Positions 23,897-35,816 are shown, numbered from the whole stretch's first letter. The stretch: 57,205 bases of DNA, filler included, from Sphacelaria rigidula (GCA_964200075.2; 8 parts of 8 records of this genome joined end to end with filler, not necessarily neighbours in it); one strand, 5' to 3'. Numbers and translations: made by a program. Notes: a model not told the origin generated them from the letters alone.

Positions 23897-24410
23897 CAGG
23901 GGTGATGTTATACCAAGGTCTTGTTTTGGAGGGTACGATTTTCTGTTTACCCGGGGTATTTTGCCGGGTATTTACCGTACCCGACAGTTCTGTAAACTCT
24001 GCAAGACCTTCATACCCGTACCCGATAGTTCTGTGAATTCTGTAGGCCTCCCGTACCGTTATCGGGGGGCACGGGTATGCTCTTGATAAGATACCCGTTT
24101 GTGGGTACGGTTTCCTGTGCAACCTCCATACACTACCCGACAGTTTCTCAGAGTTCTGTAAGCCTCCCATACCCTCACCCGACAGTTTTGTGAGTTCTGT
24201 ACAAAAATTTTACCCTAAGCCGAGGGGCGGGTATGCCCTAGTAGAATTACCCGATTGCCGGTACCGGTTTTCTGTAGGCCTCCCATACCGTACCCAACAA
24301 GTTCTGTGACTTCTGTAAGACTTTCATACCGGTACCCGACGGTTCTGCAAGTTCTGTAAGGAATCTCGTACCCTACAGAACGTACCCGTACCTTACAGAA
24401 CACAACCCTG
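23897..24410. mobile_element. hAT-like MITE filled with TACCC/GTTCTGT minisatellite motifs
   Basis: Termini cagggg.tgatgttataccaaggt / accttacagaacacaaccctg (CAGGG...CCCTG); no clear 8-bp TSD. Confidence 0.6.
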
Positions 24411-24872
24411 GAAATTCCGCTCAGATCGATTCCACTGCCCATCTTTTCGATTGAAAAAATAAGGCACGCCCTGATCTGGAGCGAGTTATTCGTTATCCAG
24501 AGGAACAATATCATCTCAACACCGACCACTCCCAGGCTTGAAGATACGTTCGATTTTTTTATTACATTTCATATGAGCCAGGTCGTTGTTTGTAGGTGAT
24601 GCGTGTTTTTTATTGATATGAGTCAACCAATTACGGTTCAGTTCTTACGCTTATAGCGTTCGTGATCCATTTCCCAAAATATAATACCCGAAATCGGGCC
24701 CCATTCCCACCCATGACGGTGGCGTCACGCGAGCGCGGTGCTCTCCCCTGACACCGGAGGGCAGGTTTCACGGGGAGGGGTATATTCTCCCTAGGCCGCA
24801 CGGATTCTGCGATTACTCTTTGTATTTCATTGCTGCTACCGATTCAATATGCTCGAGGAACTGCATGTCTAA

Positions 24873-25330
24873 GGCCGTTTCTTCCGGTTCGTATTTTGTT
24901 TGGCTCGTATTCAACACTTTCAGGACATTTGACAAGGTTTTTGACCCCTTAGAGACTGCAATATATGTTTTCTCGTATTTTTGTCCAGAGGCCGCTCTCG
25001 AAATCTCTGACCCAAGCGAATCGGAAACGTGGGCTAGGCTCCTCTCGGTTGGGTGATACAAATTGTCCAAGACGTGTGGTGGCGACTTTCCCTGTGAAAA
25101 TACCCAGATACTGTGCATTATATGTTTCCCTCGTATTTTTGTCCAGAGGCCGCTCTCGAAATCACTGACCCAATCGAATCGGAAACGTGGGCTAGGCTCC
25201 TCTCGGTGGGGTGATACAAAGTGTCCAAGACGTGTGGTGGCGATTTTCCCTGTTGGGGGGTCAAAAACCTCGTCGTATGTTCTAAAAGTGGAAAATACGA
25301 GCCAAACAAAAAGAACCGGAAGAAACGGCC
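24873..25330. mobile_element. PIF/Harbinger-like MITE with ~75-bp TIRs (GGCCGTTTCTTCCGGTTC) and an internal 158-bp-period duplication
   Basis: 24873-24948 is inverted to 25257-25330; internal direct repeats at ~24961-25095 and ~25119-25253. Confidence 0.8.
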
Positions 25331-25338
25331 AATTATAA

Positions 25339-25512
25339 GGCCAACTCTTACCAACGCGTTTAGAATTTTATTTTGCAATAATTTTGAACGATTTTTTTTT
25401 TCTCTGCCGTGGTTGTGAATTTTGTGCCCGTTCACCATGATGATAAAGGGAAAAAAATATCCTCTGAAATTGATGCAAAATAAAATTTCAAACGCTCCCA
25501 TAAGAGTTGGCC
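25339..25512. mobile_element. PIF/Harbinger (Tourist-like) MITE with TAA target duplication; extra right end to 25608
   Basis: TAA|ggccaactcttac..gcgtttagaattttattttgca ... tgcaaaataaaatttcaaacgctcccataagagttggcc|TAA; a second right TIR ends at 25608. Confidence 0.8.
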
Positions 25513-26039
25513 TAAGCACAAAATGAACAACCACGGCGAAGAAAAACAGAAAAAATCGTTCAAAATTATTGCAAAATAAAATTCTAAACGCTCCCGTAAG
25601 AGTCGGCCAAACAAGGGCCTTTATTATCAACAAATAAACAAAATGGGAGAAGGCCTGAAATTCGGCATTCGCCTAGGGCTCGTTATTATCTGGATCTACT
25701 GCTGCTGTTAGATATCTCATTACAAATGGTGCTGATCTCGTCGTTTGCTGGCCTTCGCCGGCAAAATAAAGGACAGGGTTATGCTACCTGCCCGTATATG
25801 GCGTTCATAAATGTGGTGAACATCTTTCTCATAACCTCTCTGTGACACGGGGGGGGGCAGTCGGACAGGCTAGGGTGTGATCGACCGGCTCTCTCGGGAT
25901 GCTGCAGCGGCACACATGAGTAACAATACCGACTGTAAAAAGCCCCGTACTTGCCCGTGCTTAGATTGCAGCACGCTTGCTTTCTGTGAGTTATATGCGT
26001 AGATACACCCAATCAAACCACCAGCTATACACTTTTCAG

Positions 26040-26994
26040 ACGGTGCGGTAGCGTACGCTCGTAGCAGGACTGTGGGTAAGTACGTAGCTACTTGATTGTT
26101 ATGCTCTTCGCTTCGAAAGTGCGGATGTCTGCAAACGACGGCCACGGTACTTGGCCCCAACAGCTCCAACACCGCTGCTGGGGTACACACCGTCTGAGGA
26201 GGTAGATACCGCCAACCCGCGGTGCTTTTTACTCCAAGACATAGCCCAGGGTGTCACTAGCAAGGTTCTTGATGATTCTCGCATGCTTGCGAGCGCCGCG
26301 GCGTGCGCCAAAGGCAGCTCTGCGGAGTATTGTGCTGGGGTCCGAAATATTAGGCATTCGCCAAACGTGAAGGCTTGGCGAAAATATCCCGCCGCTTCAT
26401 TTTGGGAGAAGGTTGAAACAAAGGTGCGAAAACGCCTAAAGTCTTGGCGATCTCCCGAAAAACTGTGTCGATAATAACGGCTATAAATAAGTGCCAACAC
26501 ACCTCAACAGCTCCCGCGTTCGCTCCTTCCGCCTGGCTGGGCGATTCTGTCTGGTCCGCAGCTGCATGCACCTACGGACCGTCCGTGTGAAATTCGGAAA
26601 TTGTCGTGATTCGTAACGTGTCATCATCCACTGCTTGTCGGAGGCGTTTGAAAGTTGAGTTTCGAAGAAAGAACACACACTTGGCTGGGCGGAACACTTC
26701 AGGTCGATTCAGATTGTCCCCCACACGTGGAAAGCAGGAGAATTTACCGAAGAAGTCAGGAGCGCTTTTCTAGGTAAGCATTCTTGCGATGGTAGTTATC
26801 GGTTGTCTTTAATTTATATGGGGTGCCACATCCAGTGGAAGGTGCGAGATTCCTGCACGTCGCTGCTACCGTACTGCCCTTCTCGTTTCGCAGCGCGGAA
26901 CAATCGTGATGAGAACAAGGAGGAAGGCACTACCACTACTGTTGCAGATCTTGTTTCCCAGACTCTACAGGATCAGCAACAGGAGCACAAATGA
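26040..26994 (+). CDS. Hypothetical multi-exon ORF (candidate exons 26040-26075, 26164-26423, 26713-26773, 26894-26994), unknown product
   Basis: GT-AG sites with consistent phases (donors G|gtaagt, AAG|gtgcga, G|gtaagc); no recognised domain. Confidence 0.3.
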
Positions 26995-27762
26995 TACAGC
27001 GAGAGTAAAATCCGTGCTTGTAGGAGTCGCATATTCTAGGTTGGGCAGATGCATACATGCTCGCCTGTAACAGAAAGTTCAACATGATGGTGCAGTCCCC
27101 ACGGTTTGAGGTCGTGTCTTGAGTGCCGAAGCCACTCGGGGTGATATATGTCATGTCTGCCCATAAAACAGACGGATGTTTGAAGGTTGAAGGTTGTATG
27201 CAGTAGTGGGGCTGTTTCATACAACCGTACCGTCAGTCAGACATTGCGGCTTACTGCCTTACCGGGTGGACTTCTGACTCATGCACTGCTTATAGTGTGC
27301 CTGTTCGGTCCTTTCTCATGCTTATCTGGGACGCTGACTTCGCTGACTGGCAAGTACCATGAGAAATTACAATCGACAACGATGCCTGTCGTACCACAAG
27401 ACTCAAAACGATGCCTGAGACTGCTGCCTGCGCGGAGACTTTCAGGAAGAAGCAGGTGTGCAGATCTCAACAGGCACCAAAACTGGCGTCTCTGATTGAA
27501 ATACCTCATACTTTGATAAACAAGCCCGAATAACCATCCACAGACACCAATACCGACTGTTGTAGCACGAGCACATCATGTGTAGGACCAGCTCTTGCTC
27601 TACATACAACAGTGCTTCATGGCGATCTGTTCGGTATTGGAAAAGGGAAGAGGGGCGGCCTCGTGGGTGCCACAAATAAATATTGGGGGTCATGTGTCCG
27701 CCAGCGTACACAGACGGTACAGGTTGTCCCACATCGGAGAAATGTTATTCATGATATTTACG

Positions 27763-27877
27763 TTGACCCTTCGACGGCGAGCATAGACCATCTGTTGAAT
27801 TGGCTTCAATTTCACTTGAAAAACGTGAAATATTAGTGATCCGGATGGACAACCCTCACTCGCGGCCAAGGGGTTGA
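27763..27877 (+). mobile_element. piggyBac-like MITE copy with non-canonical TTGA target duplication
   Basis: TTGA|cccttcgacggcgag..catctgttgaattggcttcaatttcacttgaaaa..gatggacaaccctcactcgcggccaagggg|TTGA. Confidence 0.75.
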
Positions 27878-28487
27878 CCGTTTGACTGCTGTCGAAGGGT
27901 ACAATTATTCGGATCTTTACTTCGGTTGACACCACGAAAGTGCCTCCTAGCGTACACAAAAGGCGTTCTTGTCCAACATCGGCGGCGAAGGCCCCGATTT
28001 GAGGTCTTCCAACAAGAGAGTTCCCCCGATGCCTGTCAAAAACTTCCGAAGCGTAACCAGTAGTCGTTCGCGCTGTATACTCGCTGGTACATCTGCCGCT
28101 TTCCGAACAACTTGAGTATTTGTCCATAAACATGCCTGGGGCTGTTGAGTTGACCCTCGCTTAGTGGTCAAGCCAATTCTCGCTGTCTTTTGTATTTTCT
28201 CTTATTTTCTTTCCACCCTCTCTTCTTCTGCATACCGTAATATCTCCTGTGAACGCCCCGGGGGGCGCGTCAAAATCCGATCGTCAGAGGATCGCCCCGG
28301 GGTGTTCTCAAAGGTATAGGAGCGATCTTCCGCAAAGAAAAAAACACCCCGAGGCGAAAAAGCCCCGGGGGGTGGGCCTTTTGTAGTTTTAGTTTTACCT
28401 GCACAACATCCACAGCACGTCTACGCGGACCTCTCTCGTTTTGGAACCCACGATGTCGGGCCTCAACGCTATCTACGAGCAAGCTTT

Positions 28488-28553
28488 CACGGTTAGGACA
28501 AATCCTCACGACTAAAAAGCACCAAATTCACGATTTCTTCTGCCTGATTGCCC
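28488..28553 (-). repeat. Dispersed repeat family copy at the contig end
   Basis: Matches 14157-14227. Confidence 0.75.
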
Positions 28554-28653
28554 NNNNNNNNNNNNNNNNNNNNNNNNNNNNNNNNNNNNNNNNNNNNTTA
28601 ATTAATTAANNNNNNNNNNNNNNNNNNNNNNNNNNNNNNNNNNNNNNNNNNNN
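28554..28653. other. Artificial contig spacer
   Basis: N44-TTAATTAATTAA-N44. Confidence 0.99.
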
Positions 28654-28999
28654 CGTGTGCAGGCGAGAGGGAGGGCGGGGGGGGGGGCCGGGTCCGCCCG
28701 GGGGGGCGGGTGGACGTAACGGGGCTCAACTCCCCCCCCCCCCCCCTCGCTCGTCTTTTGTCAGCGTGAGACGCAAAAGTGAGTAGCGATTGGGGCACTT
28801 CATGCAGTCGTGCTTGTAGGATAGGGGTTAGGTTACGGGACTTGTGTTGTAGAGTGTCAGTTACGGGATTTAATTTTGGCCTTGCGCTGATCGATGGGTG
28901 ATTATGTGGGCACGTGATACTGCAGTGTGTAAGGCAAAGTATTTCAAGGGTTCGGACAGACTAATGATTCGTCTGGCAATCACTTGATTATAGTGTGAT

Positions 29000-29210
29000 T
29001 GATTCGTACCGTACGAATCAATCAATCCGTGGGCTGTATTTTCAGCGCTGCAACCCAGGTACGCGCAGCTCAGGCACGTGGAATGGCGCAAAAATTGCGT
29101 GGACACCTTTCTGACCAGCGGTCAACTTCTTCACCTCTTTCGAGCAACCAGGCCTGAGAAATCGTGGATTTGATGATTCGAACCGGCGATAATTCATCCG
29201 AAACGTGAAA
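29000..29210 (+). repeat. Dispersed repeat family copy
   Basis: Aligns with 20134-20310 (gtacgaatcaatc..ttcagcg.tgcaacccaggta..gaccagcggtcaactt..gaaatcgtg). Confidence 0.8.
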
Positions 29211-30557
29211 TATTTATATGACTTCCAAGTTGGATCAAAAACATCACAGGATACCTACAGCTTTCGGTGGTGCGCGTACGATACTGTGGTAACTGCAGTC
29301 TTCACCATGTGTCAGAACAACGACGGTCCTCGCGTACTGTGCTCTGCCCTGCCGGTGGCTTCCCGATTACGATTTTTTTTTGTTTCGTTTTGTTGCCTCG
29401 GCGTTTTTCTCCCTCGACGGGTGGTTCTCGTGTACTCGAGCATTGCGAAGAAAACGCGACCGTTTCACGCTCTAGTGTTGGAGTCTACACATCGCGCCAT
29501 CGCTGTCTGCTGAGCATGTGGAGACCTTCAAGATGCTATAGAGATGTGGTGACGCATGCGCAACATATGAGGACTTGCAGGGCGTGTCCTGTCGAGAAAA
29601 AGCTTATCAGGAATCGAAAATCGAAGATAAATTCTGTGCTGATTGGGCTGCAGCTCTGACTAGCAAATAAACGGTTTTTGATTTTCCGGCAACCCCGCAA
29701 AAAATAACACATATCCAAAATCGAAAGGATGAGCTCATTTGATCGGAAGGCGACGTGAAAAGCTTACAAAGTCTTCAACGCGTGTCAGAAGTTCCCGAGA
29801 TACGAGCGAGATACAACAGTGTGCCTAACATTCCACGGCATGCAGCGTCGTGTACAGACACCTGTAACAGGAAGCGCACACATTCGATCCACAGGTAGCC
29901 GGACTCCGCTACAATACTGGCCTCTTCGCACGAATGCTTTCAGTCCCAAATTTCAAATTGGTTGCTGTCTCAGGCTATTCCAGATTCGGCATTGGATTTC
30001 TGTGACAGAAAAACAAGCAGAACTTTTCGAGAACCGCTCAAAACATGACCCCATTATCTGGAGTACAGGGTACTACACTGAACACAAGACAATCCTGCAG
30101 TGTATTATATGGAGTGTAGAGTACTACACTGAACACAAGACAACACGGCAGTTCTGCAGTGTTTTTTCGTTGTAGAACCCGAACACGGACCTTATACAGT
30201 ATGCATCAGCTTCTCTTGTTGCAAAATTAATCGTGTCCAGCTGCTGCTGCTGTACTACTACGACAACACAGCAATAAAGGTTTTAGAATATGTAACAGTT
30301 TGAGTGCTGCATGCGGTGTTTCGGTAAGCACAGAAGTGGGGTGAGATCAAAGGACAAAGGTGAAACGATGAAACGAGAGGTGAAACGATGAAACGATTAC
30401 GTGACGACTGTGCAGCTGTCTGTCTCGGGGAAATTACAAAGTCCAAGTCCTGACCCGGATTTGGTCTTCGCAAACACCGTCACTACTGTACTCTCTGTGG
30501 TTGCAGAGTACAGCCTGTACTCGGACAGGGGAGGTGAACAGCACGCTATCACTTGTG

Positions 30558-30648
30558 GATAGATGCACTGCTGAATCGGCATCAATTTTCACTTGAAAAG
30601 AGAATACGTGATCCAGATGGACTACCCGCTTCGCAGTCTAAGGGTTCA
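30558..30648 (+). mobile_element. piggyBac-like MITE copy (left end degraded)
   Basis: ctgaatcggcatcaattttcacttgaaaa..cgtgatccagatggactacccgcttcgcagtctaagggttca. Confidence 0.7.
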
Positions 30649-31450
30649 AAGGGCCCTAACAGCTTTAGCACTCTCTCTCCTTTACGCCGGCGGCTCAGAT
30701 GCCGCCAAAGAAGGCGAGTCCCATCGCTCTTCATTGAAGGCGTCTGTCTCTTTTGTCACTTTTCTATTACATTCTAATGTTACAAAGGATAGGAAAATTG
30801 GAAGCGCGATGCGAAGCAGAGCGATCTATGCCATAATAAGTGAATATTGACAAGATGTGTGAGTCCTTGGGTAATTTTATCGGGCGAGTTCGATCTTTCG
30901 ATTTTTCGATTTCGAATTTCGTTTTTTCTTCTACTAAAATGCGGCCTACACGGACCCTTGTTTGTCAGTGAAGGCGTTGGGCTGTCTTTTTCTAATGAAA
31001 CACGTGACTGTACGAGTAGGGTGTTTGCAACGGAGGCCTCAACAGAGCAAATAGGCCAACCTCCCCCCCCCCCCCCCCCCCCCTGAACTTTATGCTCCGT
31101 CTCGAAACGGATAGGTGGTCAGTGGTTGAATGACTAAGGCAAGCAACAACAAATGAGTACGCCCCCCTCCCGCTTCCCCCCCAGCCGATTTTCGGGCAAG
31201 AGATACAAACCATCTGCTTCGGATCTTACAATGAAACAAAGCCGTCAGGGATTGCCTGCTGGTCGGCACTTACGGCTCTTGCAGTCCTTCAGGACTTTTA
31301 GGAATCCCAGATACTCACTGCACGACTGGTAGCCATTCGGGTCGCTGAAACATGTCTTACGGCACAAAATCGGGAACGGCAAGCTTTGCACCTGGACAAC
31401 AGCCCCAAAGAAGATACAACGGATGCGCAGCCATCACGTGAGGTTAGTTC

Positions 31451-31744
31451 ACCACTTGGTAGGTATGGAAATTTCTCGGAAATTTATGATTTCGAATAGC
31501 TCTAGGCCTAACCCTTGTCCCAACCAAGGCATACCGAAAAACCTCTGGCGAAGGGGGTGCGAAGTGTTCCCTAGGCAAAGTGTGCGTTGGTAGACCTCAA
31601 ACCGTCGCCGCAGTCGCCGACTTAGACGAAAACGCGCTCTGCGCACGCGAGGAGCGCAGCCCCCATTAATGATCCAGATTTCGGTGTCCACACTACTAGA
31701 AAACACTAGAACCAAGTCGGAAAGTTTCATACCTACCAAGTGGT
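31451..31744. mobile_element. MITE with perfect 17-bp TIR ACCACTTGGTAGGTATG
   Basis: 31451-31467 and 31728-31744 are exact reverse complements; partial second copy at 1456-1665. Confidence 0.8.
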
Positions 31745-32105
31745 AAACTCTACTGCATTGCCTTGCTTGATTGAAATCGCTGGCGAAGTTTTTAAGCTGA
31801 CTCTTTGGTCGCCACGGTGGGTCATCTCGGTCACGCACTAATTTTTCATATGGAAGTGATGGCAATTCAAGAGATGAACTACCGTGGTGGTCAAAGAGAT
31901 GATGAGGTCCATGTACCATGCCATTTTTTTCGCCCCGGGACTTTACTGTTTGAAGCCACACGATCTGACTTTGCTCTCTCACGCTCCCTCTCTGTGACCA
32001 TCCATCTCTTCATAATTATCACGGTCACAAATGTCACCGCTGATATATACATTGCCTTGGCTGAGATCGCCTTCGAAAGTGATGCCGATTCCCCAGACGG
32101 CGACC

Positions 32106-32218
32106 GTAACCCTTTGGCCGCCATAGGAAGCTATTTTGGTCTCGCAGAAAATTTCCAAAGAAATGGACAAGGTAGTTCCAACTCAACAGATGACCTACCC
32201 TAGCGATCAAAGGGTTCG
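32106..32218 (-). mobile_element. piggyBac-like MITE copy, reverse orientation
   Basis: Minus strand aaccctttgatcgctagggtaggtcatctgttga ... ggcggccaaagggtta. Confidence 0.6.
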
Positions 32219-32341
32219 AGCAGTATGCCAAATTTCTCGCCGAGGTACGTTTTCGTTTGGGGGCATACGATTTTTTTGTGCTCTCTCTCTCTCTCTCTCT
32301 GGCTACTACCCCTTTATAATCATCATGCTCTCGAATACCAC

Positions 32342-32450
32342 CTAACGCTTCGACGGCCAGTGTACACCATCTGGGTCACGCAATATATTTCCTCATGAGG
32401 TTGACGTCGGTTCAACAGATCAATTCGCCAACTGGCGGTCAAAGGGTTAG
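32342..32450 (-). mobile_element. piggyBac-like MITE copy, reverse orientation
   Basis: Minus strand taaccctttgaccgcc..gatctgttgaaccgacgtcaa..tgcgtgacccagatgg. Confidence 0.6.
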
Positions 32451-34352
32451 ACTACTGTGCCATATCTTTCACCCAGGGATTTTGCCGTTTGCAATCATGC
32501 GATTTGAGTTCCCCCCCAAAGTTCGTGTTTCCATTGGAGCGTATATCGATTTAATTTTCCCCGGAATCTATACCATTACTGGGGGGTCTCCAAGTCACCG
32601 CTAAAACAAAGGCTTAAAAAATGCGAGAATTAATAACTCTCCAAATAGCCGAAAGAGTTGGGCATATCGCAGGAAAGTGAAGCATTTCCCTCGTGCGGTG
32701 CAGGTCGGGGGTTCGGGGATGGACACATGGCATCCAATTTTGGCATTTCCCCCCCTTCTCCACACACGAAAGAGCCCAGTACCTACCCTAGTTGTATCGC
32801 TTATTATTTGCGACCTCATAGGTGTGTGCATAAGAAACATTCCGTTCTGTGCAGTTCGTTTTTTTTCTGTGGGTTCTTCTCGTCAGCGATGTTCGAGAGA
32901 TAATGATGAGTGTTTTCTGTGCAGCTCCATCATGACTTATGAACAACCCCAACTTCAAAGTCACGCACGCGATCGCCAGCCTACACGCAAGGGGCTTATC
33001 CTCCTTCTCAGGGTGCCCTTTTCTCTCTTAACTTCTGAATGATCTCCAAATCATATCTTCAGCTTTAAATTCTTTTCATATCCTTCGCCTTGGAATCGCT
33101 CAAATTAGGCGGTGGCGGGGAGCCCGGAAAGCCTTGTACCTCTTCATACGACAATATTTTCGTCGAAGCCCAAGATAATTTTCTCTCCACGTCTCACGGC
33201 GCAGCATTCCGCGGGCTCTCCAGCCTGATACAGCACTATTCGGTTAATTTGAAATTGGAATATGCTTGTTTTCCGTCCGAGCCCTTCGTGCGTTCCGGAT
33301 CTCTTCCGCGCACATTTTTCTTGCACGTGCGAGACATGTGTCTGTCCAGGCCCATCATCCGTCACCAACGTCACGGGGGTTTTCTCTCTTCTCTATGTCG
33401 CTCGCACACCGCCACACACCACACACTTCCACACACTGTCACCCAAATACAGTCTCTATGACGGAAAATAAAACTGTCCGACACCCATTCACTCCTCCGG
33501 CTGAACCTTGCCATTTTTTCATTTTTTTCAGACTTTCTAACCCCTAGTGTTTGACCCCCGTGTGGCAACGATCGACACCCACCACGCAATCGCTCGGCCT
33601 GGGTCAGCCCCACCTCCTGGAGTGGCGTGTGTATCGACTTCTCGCATTTGACTGAACAATCCTTGTCGTGGGGGGTGTTGTTTGAAGCATGCACATCCTC
33701 AGCCTCCTCTAGCATATCGCTAGACTGAGTGCCTAGTGTGTGATTGGGCGTGAACGTTTTAGTCGCTCAAACTTGATCATTTTTCCATTTTGTGTGCGCA
33801 TGTGTGTGCTTCCTGTAGCAATGACATGTGCTTGCAGCTACACGACGTGATCCTACTCAGGTATATCAGAGGCTTCAGTGACAAGCGACAGAAAGCTTAT
33901 AAGGCGTCTAAGGCGTCGTTTGAGGCCTGGATGGGCACTTCTGAAGTTAAACTGTTTCAGGCATTATTCGACCATTTCTGGAAATCTGGAGTTCTATATT
34001 TGTGCTCACTGATCAAGCCAATACATACACCTTGGAATCATTTCACGGCCAAGAATTTTCATTCTAGACACCCCTCGACTGGCTCTGGAAAATATTCCCG
34101 AAGAAATACAGGTCGAAGAGCGGATCAAGATTTCCGATTCTTCGGGTTTTAAGTCTCAATCAAATGCTAGACATTTAATCTGGCGAGAAGGTTGTTACCA
34201 TGTATGGGTGCAACCTTCAACATGTACTCACTGTTCCGGATCAAGTAAACCAGCACGATACACGACAAAAAATGGTCACTCCCGTTGTACTTGGTCGCCT
34301 TCTCTCGAATCTACCCCCGGAGAGCGCGACAGGCATCCATGCTAGCACAGTG

Positions 34353-34558
34353 CTAATTGTCTCGCCTGCGACCGCCGCCGGTACGAGCTAGGCCACTTAT
34401 TCCCGTGTTGACGAGGCCTAAAATTGTGTACACTCCACCTACTACTCCGCAAACACTAGTAAAAAAAGACAAATATCCCCGTCGCCTTTGCTCCATCAGC
34501 GCCTGGACAGGTGACACAGTATAATACATATACACGCCGGGCAGTCCCTTTCCTAGTC
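34353..34558 (-). CDS. Terminal exon of an ERGIC / Erv41-Erv46 (COPII-coated vesicle) family protein
   Basis: cacag acceptor; GLPGVYMYYTVSPVQALMEQRRRGYLSFFTSVCGVVGGVYTILGLVN matches the family C-terminal motif LPGVFFxYDxSPIxVxxxExRxxFxxFLTxxCAIIGGVFT; TAG at 34353-34355. Confidence 0.85.
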
Positions 34559-34915
34559 CTGTGGATTATGACCACGAAAGCAGCAAAGCATCGGTGCAAG
34601 CGAGGCATGTTAACGCAAGAACGACGAATCGTCATCATTTCGAAAGGGTTTGAGTGTGTGCATACCCCTCCCCCCCTGTAAAATGTCGAGAAGTCTGACT
34701 CGGGCAGAGACGCGAGCTAACTTTGTAGCTTCCTGTCAGCAAGTTTCAAAGGTGCTACGCCCCGTTGGTTTCTTGTACGTTCATCGTCACATGAGCGTCC
34801 GAGGGGTCGACCGGTGCTTGTAATGATGTCTTGGATATGTATAGTGGCGGTACTCTTTCATTGCTTCAAGCACCACCACAACGGCATGTGCTTTTGCCCA
34901 TTCCGCCCAGCTTAC

Positions 34916-34963
34916 ACGCGTGTCACTGTCATTACTTGGCTGTGGTGACATTCGCGCGCGCTC
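34916..34963 (-). CDS. Possible small upstream exon of the ERGIC-family gene (ERARMSPQPSNDSDTR)
   Basis: Good acceptor ctgcttctgtgcgcag; donor and phase ambiguous. Confidence 0.3.
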
Positions 34964-35716
34964 CTGCGCACAGAAGCAGCAGCAACCCACCCCAAGCGAG
35001 AGATCAGGAGCATACACAACAGCACCAGCTTTGAAGGGATATCTCCCACCAGCTCAACGTCCAACAGCAATTCCGAAGATTCCCAGTAACTTTCAAGGGG
35101 TACTGAATAGAACCTCATTTTCAATATTTTCGTTGCTATATGTTTTCGGCAAAGTTGGACATCACGGGCACAATCCGTTTCTCGCGGGTATTCTGCTTGC
35201 CTCCGGGGCCGCCTCCAGCTATCCCCCCTCACCAACCGAGGGAGGGGTTGGCTCGGAGTGTGCCCTCGCGTTGCGCGCTTGCGGCACGTTTGTGGCAGCC
35301 GCCACAAAACCAATGTATTGCTGATGTACTGGTATATTGAAGAACCGGATCTCCAGTATATATTGTATTGATGAAACCAACAAAAAACACGGCTCGAAAA
35401 ATTGCAAAAGCTTATGCAGTGCTCTGCCGCGCCCCGGCGGTGAAATGGTCCGACAGTCGCCATCAGGGCGGAGAGAACGGGGGTTCGATTCCCGATGCGT
35501 TGGGTTGTCTCTTCGTAGTATCTGATTTCCACCGTGGAAAGCGTGAGAACGTGAGTAAACAAAGCCGTCGACTGGGTTTATGTGGCGTCAACTGACGCGG
35601 TGCGGGAGTGTTGGTCATGATCCAATCCGCGAGACCAAAATGCAAGGCGTGTACCGGGGGAGAGATGGGCTGATCCCTTGAGACCACGGACTCGTCCCGA
35701 GGAAGGGGAGGGGTTC

Positions 35717-35816
35717 NNNNNNNNNNNNNNNNNNNNNNNNNNNNNNNNNNNNNNNNNNNNTTAATTAATTAANNNNNNNNNNNNNNNNNNNNNNNNNNNN
35801 NNNNNNNNNNNNNNNN
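35717..35816. other. Artificial contig spacer
   Basis: N44-TTAATTAATTAA-N44. Confidence 0.99.

Noticed and set aside
22840..24410. CRISPR-like appearance of the repeated motifs
   Set aside because: Repeats are degenerate and irregular, with no unique constant-length spacers and no cas genes; eukaryotic context.
27279..27509. KDZ/CxC transposase-like motif (ESCGTTGIVVDCNF)
   Set aside because: A single weak motif; the opposite strand reads equally protein-like, so no assignment is justified.
30052..30143. Two-copy ~54-bp tandem duplication
   Set aside because: An ordinary local duplication with no further structure.
33540..33600. Possible Helitron 3' end (CTAG after a GC-rich stretch, minus strand)
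   Set aside because: No clear subterminal hairpin, no T after CTAG, and no second copy in the window.
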